A stretch of DNA of 32,000 nucleotides, from the NCBI RefSeq assembly GCF_013365435.1, contig NZ_CP046577.1, forward strand, positions 540,001 to 572,000, in the 5' to 3' direction. This DNA is from Wolbachia endosymbiont of Litomosoides sigmodontis. GTDB taxonomy: Bacteria; Pseudomonadota; Alphaproteobacteria; Rickettsiales; Anaplasmataceae. Below, one piece after another: positions 29,521 to 32,000 of this stretch; within the stretch, counting starts at the first letter, position 1; the number at the start of each line of letters is the position of its first letter. Under the pieces are notes generated by a model. The model did no database searches. It was not told where the DNA came from and saw only the letters and a list, made by a program, of their open reading frames with translations. The position numbers and the translations under genes are program-made.

Positions 29521-29940
29521 TTGCAAGCAAGATATGAATTTACAATTACTTGCTCATACCTATTCTCACTTTACAAAGAATGGATAGACAATAATGAAAA
29601 AGAAGCCTTACTGAAGTAAGTAAAATAGCGAAGTTTAAATGGTATTGAAATCAAAATTATTAGATAAAAAAGTTGTGTAATTTAGTATAAAGAAATGCTG
29701 AAGAAAGTGTGAAAGCAAAAACTGCATGGGCAAAGCATCTAAAATTTGGAAGAGAAGTAAAATTATTTACTTTTCTCAAAGTCGTGGAAGAACTAGATTG
29801 AATTAGATTATCAAAGATAAAATGACTTTTATTTAGGATATTCATCAACATCATTAATATACGAAAACTTCATTTTTACATATTAAGTGTGCTATAGATT
29901 TCTAATATTTAAGCCAATTTCCATTTCTTTAATGGTAATA
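29521..29940. mobile_element. Repeat-family relic: 'B' segment, linker and diverged arm (forward), followed by the inverted transposase 5' end
   Basis: 29596-29720 is collinear with 5109-5233. 29858-29940 (aatatacgaaaacttcat...ttctttaatggtaata) is collinear with 14578-14656, which is the reverse strand of the terminal repeat plus ATGAAGTTTTCG. Track ORF 29660-29854 lies inside it. Confidence 0.5.
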
Positions 29941-30101
29941 ACAGCTGAAATTGTTCTAAGAGTGTGGCTGTGGAATATTAGTTGTAGCTTATCAACTTGT
30001 TAAAGAGAAGGTTACTGTACAACAGTAAGCTAGAGAATAAATATAGTAGTCTATCATTGAATAACTTATTATAATTGTATTAGTTATTAATAGATAAAAA
30101 C

Positions 30102-31304
30102 TTGGTAGATTACGAAGAAATATTCTTAAACAAAATCAAGAATATAAAAGAAGAAGGGCGCTATCGTGAATTTACGCATTTCGCATCATTGCCTGGCAGG
30201 CTTCCATATATTATGGACTGTGAAAAAAGCAGGGAAGTTATCGTTTGGTGCAGTAATAACTATTTGGGGATGTCACAAAATGAGAATGTTGTTGCCGCTA
30301 TTCAAAATTCGTCAATTGGTGCAGGAGGAACAAGAAACATATCAGGTACAACGAAAGAAGTGGTTGAACTCGAGCAATCACTAGCTTGTTTGCATAACAA
30401 GGAAGCTGCTCTAACTTTTGCTTGTGGCTACCTTGCTAATCAAACTACACTTAGCACTTTATCGTCTATTATTCCTGATGTAGTAATCTTTTCAGATGAG
30501 AAAAATCACTCTTCTATGATAGAAGGCATAAAGTCAGGAAAAAGACCGAAACATATATTTAAGCATAATAATGTTGACCATCTAAAACAGTTGTTAAAGT
30601 CTGTAGACAAAAAAATACCAAAAATAATAGCGTTTGAGTCCATATATTCAATGGATGGCGATATAGCACCGCTGAGAGAAATATGTGATCTAGCAGATCA
30701 ATATAATGCAATTACCTACTTGGATGAGGTACATGCAGTTGGCATGTATGGTCTACACGGTGGTGGAATTGCGGAAAAAGAAGGCCTAATAGACAGAGTG
30801 ACTGTTATTCAAGGTACATTATCAAAAGCGTTTGGAGTAATGGGTGGGTATATAGCGTCTTCAAAGAGCTTAGTTGACGTAATAAGAAGTTCTGCTCCAG
30901 GATTCATCTTCACCACTGCTATGTCGCCTGTTTTAGCAGCAGCAGCAAAAGCAAGCGTTGAGCATCTAAAGTCAAGCAACTTTGAAAGAGAAAAACAAAA
31001 ACAAGTTGTTAAAAAAGTAAAAAACTCGCTGAGCAATATGGGAATTAATTTTATTCCAACAGAAACTCATATAATTCCAATAATAATTGGCGATCCAGAA
31101 TTATCTAAAAGAGCATCAAAATTATTATTTGATGAGCATGGAATATATGTTCAACATATAAATTATCCGACAGTCCCAAAAGGAACTGAGCGTTTTCGCA
31201 TTACCCCTACACCTTATCATACCGATGAAATGATAGAACATTTAACAGAATCGCTTGTAAAAGTTTTTGTAAAATTGTCTATTTCTATAGCTTGTTCATG
31301 TTAG
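30102..31304 (+). CDS. hemA: 5-aminolevulinate synthase
   Basis: 400 aa with a TTG start giving (M)[23 protein letters not shown]. It is an alpha-oxoamine synthase fold with DEVHAVG and the PLP lysine in GTLSKAFG. Confidence 0.93.
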   Translation: MVDYEEIFLNKIKNIKEEGRYREFTHFASLPGRLPYIMDCEKSREVIVWCSNNYLGMSQNENVVAAIQNSSIGAGGTRNISGTTKEVVELEQSLACLHNKEAALTFACGYLANQTTLSTLSSIIPDVVIFSDEKNHSSMIEGIKSGKRPKHIFKHNNVDHLKQLLKSVDKKIPKIIAFESIYSMDGDIAPLREICDLADQYNAITYLDEVHAVGMYGLHGGGIAEKEGLIDRVTVIQGTLSKAFGVMGGYIASSKSLVDVIRSSAPGFIFTTAMSPVLAAAAKASVEHLKSSNFEREKQKQVVKKVKNSLSNMGINFIPTETHIIPIIIGDPELSKRASKLLFDEHGIYVQHINYPTVPKGTERFRITPTPYHTDEMIEHLTESLVKVFVKLSISIACSC

Positions 31305-31994
31305 CTTAATATCCCCAGCAATAATGAATCCATTGTCTTCCGTTAATCTGCCAGCGCTTTCTTGAAGAAGAAATTTACCTAGCAAAGCCTTATATTTGTT
31401 AACTCCAGAGTAAACTATTCCACTGTATCTTCCTGCAGCAAGGTATGTAAAACCTAAAACTGTCGAGCCGACAGAGCGTATATTACTGTTACCTGGTAGT
31501 AATTTATTTAATAAATTACCACTTACATCTATTAAACCACCTTCACGATTCCTCATTCGCATTTTTATATGACGAGATTTAAAGTCTTCAAGAAAAGCTC
31601 CTTTCTTTTCTTCTGCCCAAAAAGTTTCTCTAAGAGCAGGAGTATCAATTACAGCTGCTACAACTTTATTTTTGTGAATAAGACAAACTGATATTGCAAA
31701 ATAAACCATACAACTAGAAAAATTCTCTCTACCCTCTATAGGCATGATAAACCAAGTACAATCCTTCTCCTTTATTTCTTGATCAGCATCATCCTCAAAG
31801 AGGAACCTATAATCTTGTTTATAATCGTGCAAGCAGTTGTATATAGTTTGCTTGGATCTTGAGTAAGTTTTATTGACAAAGTCTGCTGATTTAACATTGG
31901 AAATTTGCAATTCATTGAAATCACGCATAAGCTGCTTAGAAGCACTGCGTACAGAATCAAGCATCACATTAATCCTTGGTGATGAGATAGACAT
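31296..31994 (-). CDS. suhB: Inositol monophosphatase family protein (SuhB-like) with substituted metal-binding motifs
   Basis: 232 aa, collinear with SuhB/IMPase ([12 protein letters not shown]...DFVNK...; [17 protein letters not shown]). However, WxxDPxDGTxNF reads [12 protein letters not shown], and the WD(F/I)AAG region reads YKALLG. Its 3' end overlaps the hemA 3' end by 9 nt. Confidence 0.8.
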   Translation of the reverse strand: MSISSPRINVMLDSVRSASKQLMRDFNELQISNVKSADFVNKTYSRSKQTIYNCLHDYKQDYRFLFEDDADQEIKEKDCTWFIMPIEGRENFSSCMVYFAISVCLIHKNKVVAAVIDTPALRETFWAEEKKGAFLEDFKSRHIKMRMRNREGGLIDVSGNLLNKLLPGNSNIRSVGSTVLGFTYLAAGRYSGIVYSGVNKYKALLGKFLLQESAGRLTEDNGFIIAGDIKLT

Positions 31995-32000
31995 TTTTCC

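Noticed and set aside
20796-31036. Antisense or alternate-frame ORFs inside acnA, putA, htpG and hemA (e.g. 20796-21035, 21411-21710, 22080-22289, 23414-23943, 24787-25011, 28048-28484, 30166-30384, 30809-31036), and similar ones in hflK, htrA, the esterase, SCO1, dnaQ, Tim44-like, secB and suhB
   Set aside because: These are shadow ORFs within well-supported genes and have no independent evidence.
31296-31304. The 9-nt convergent overlap of the hemA and suhB 3' ends as a regulatory feature
   Set aside because: Short convergent overlaps are common in compact genomes. I see no hairpin or other structure suggesting more than tight packing.
1-32000. CRISPR arrays, prophage (WO-like) modules, cif/ankyrin genes, toxin-antitoxin pairs, restriction-modification or other defence islands
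   Set aside because: I found no regularly spaced short direct repeats; all repeats are dispersed and are IS-type fragments. No ORFs have phage structural, ankyrin, nuclease/methylase or TA-like features. Every large ORF except 8542-10128 and 7418-8014 is assignable to housekeeping functions.

Overview
AT-rich chromosomal segment, roughly one-third GC by eye. Gene content looks like a reduced alphaproteobacterial endosymbiont of the Rickettsiales/Anaplasmataceae type, most like Wolbachia; this is an inference from how the proteins read, not a database search. I support 20 apparently intact CDS and one tRNA. On the plus strand: a degenerate LytM lipoprotein, leuS, hflK-hflC-htrA, an NDUFS4-like protein, secB, acnA, putA, htpG and hemA (ALA synthase). 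On the minus strand: bamE, a membrane ORF, tRNA-Gln, cutA, a 528-aa orphan, an esterase, SCO1, dnaQ, a Tim44-like protein and suhB. About 30% of the window is non-coding. Six of the seven gaps larger than ~0.8 kb, plus the stretch before the first gene, hold stop-riddled, rearranged fragments of one dispersed repeat family carrying IS630/Tc1-mariner-type transposase remnants. One gap also holds a group II intron reverse-transcriptase relic, and one holds a 93-bp copy of an internal acnA segment. I found no CRISPR array, prophage module, toxin-antitoxin pair or recognisable multi-gene defence or secretion island, so I cannot honestly claim a novel multi-gene system. The items most worth a second look are: (1) the 528-aa orphan with an Inc-like bilobed hydrophobic hairpin; (2) a ~96% identical 172-bp inverted repeat bracketing an IS630 relic with CTA|...|TAG flanks; (3) the acnA fragment trapped inside an inverted IS relic; (4) the cutA stop codon lying inside tRNA-Gln; (5) LytM, SuhB and possibly LeuRS-editing motifs with substituted catalytic residues. 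All alignments and motif calls were made by eye and need computational confirmation.
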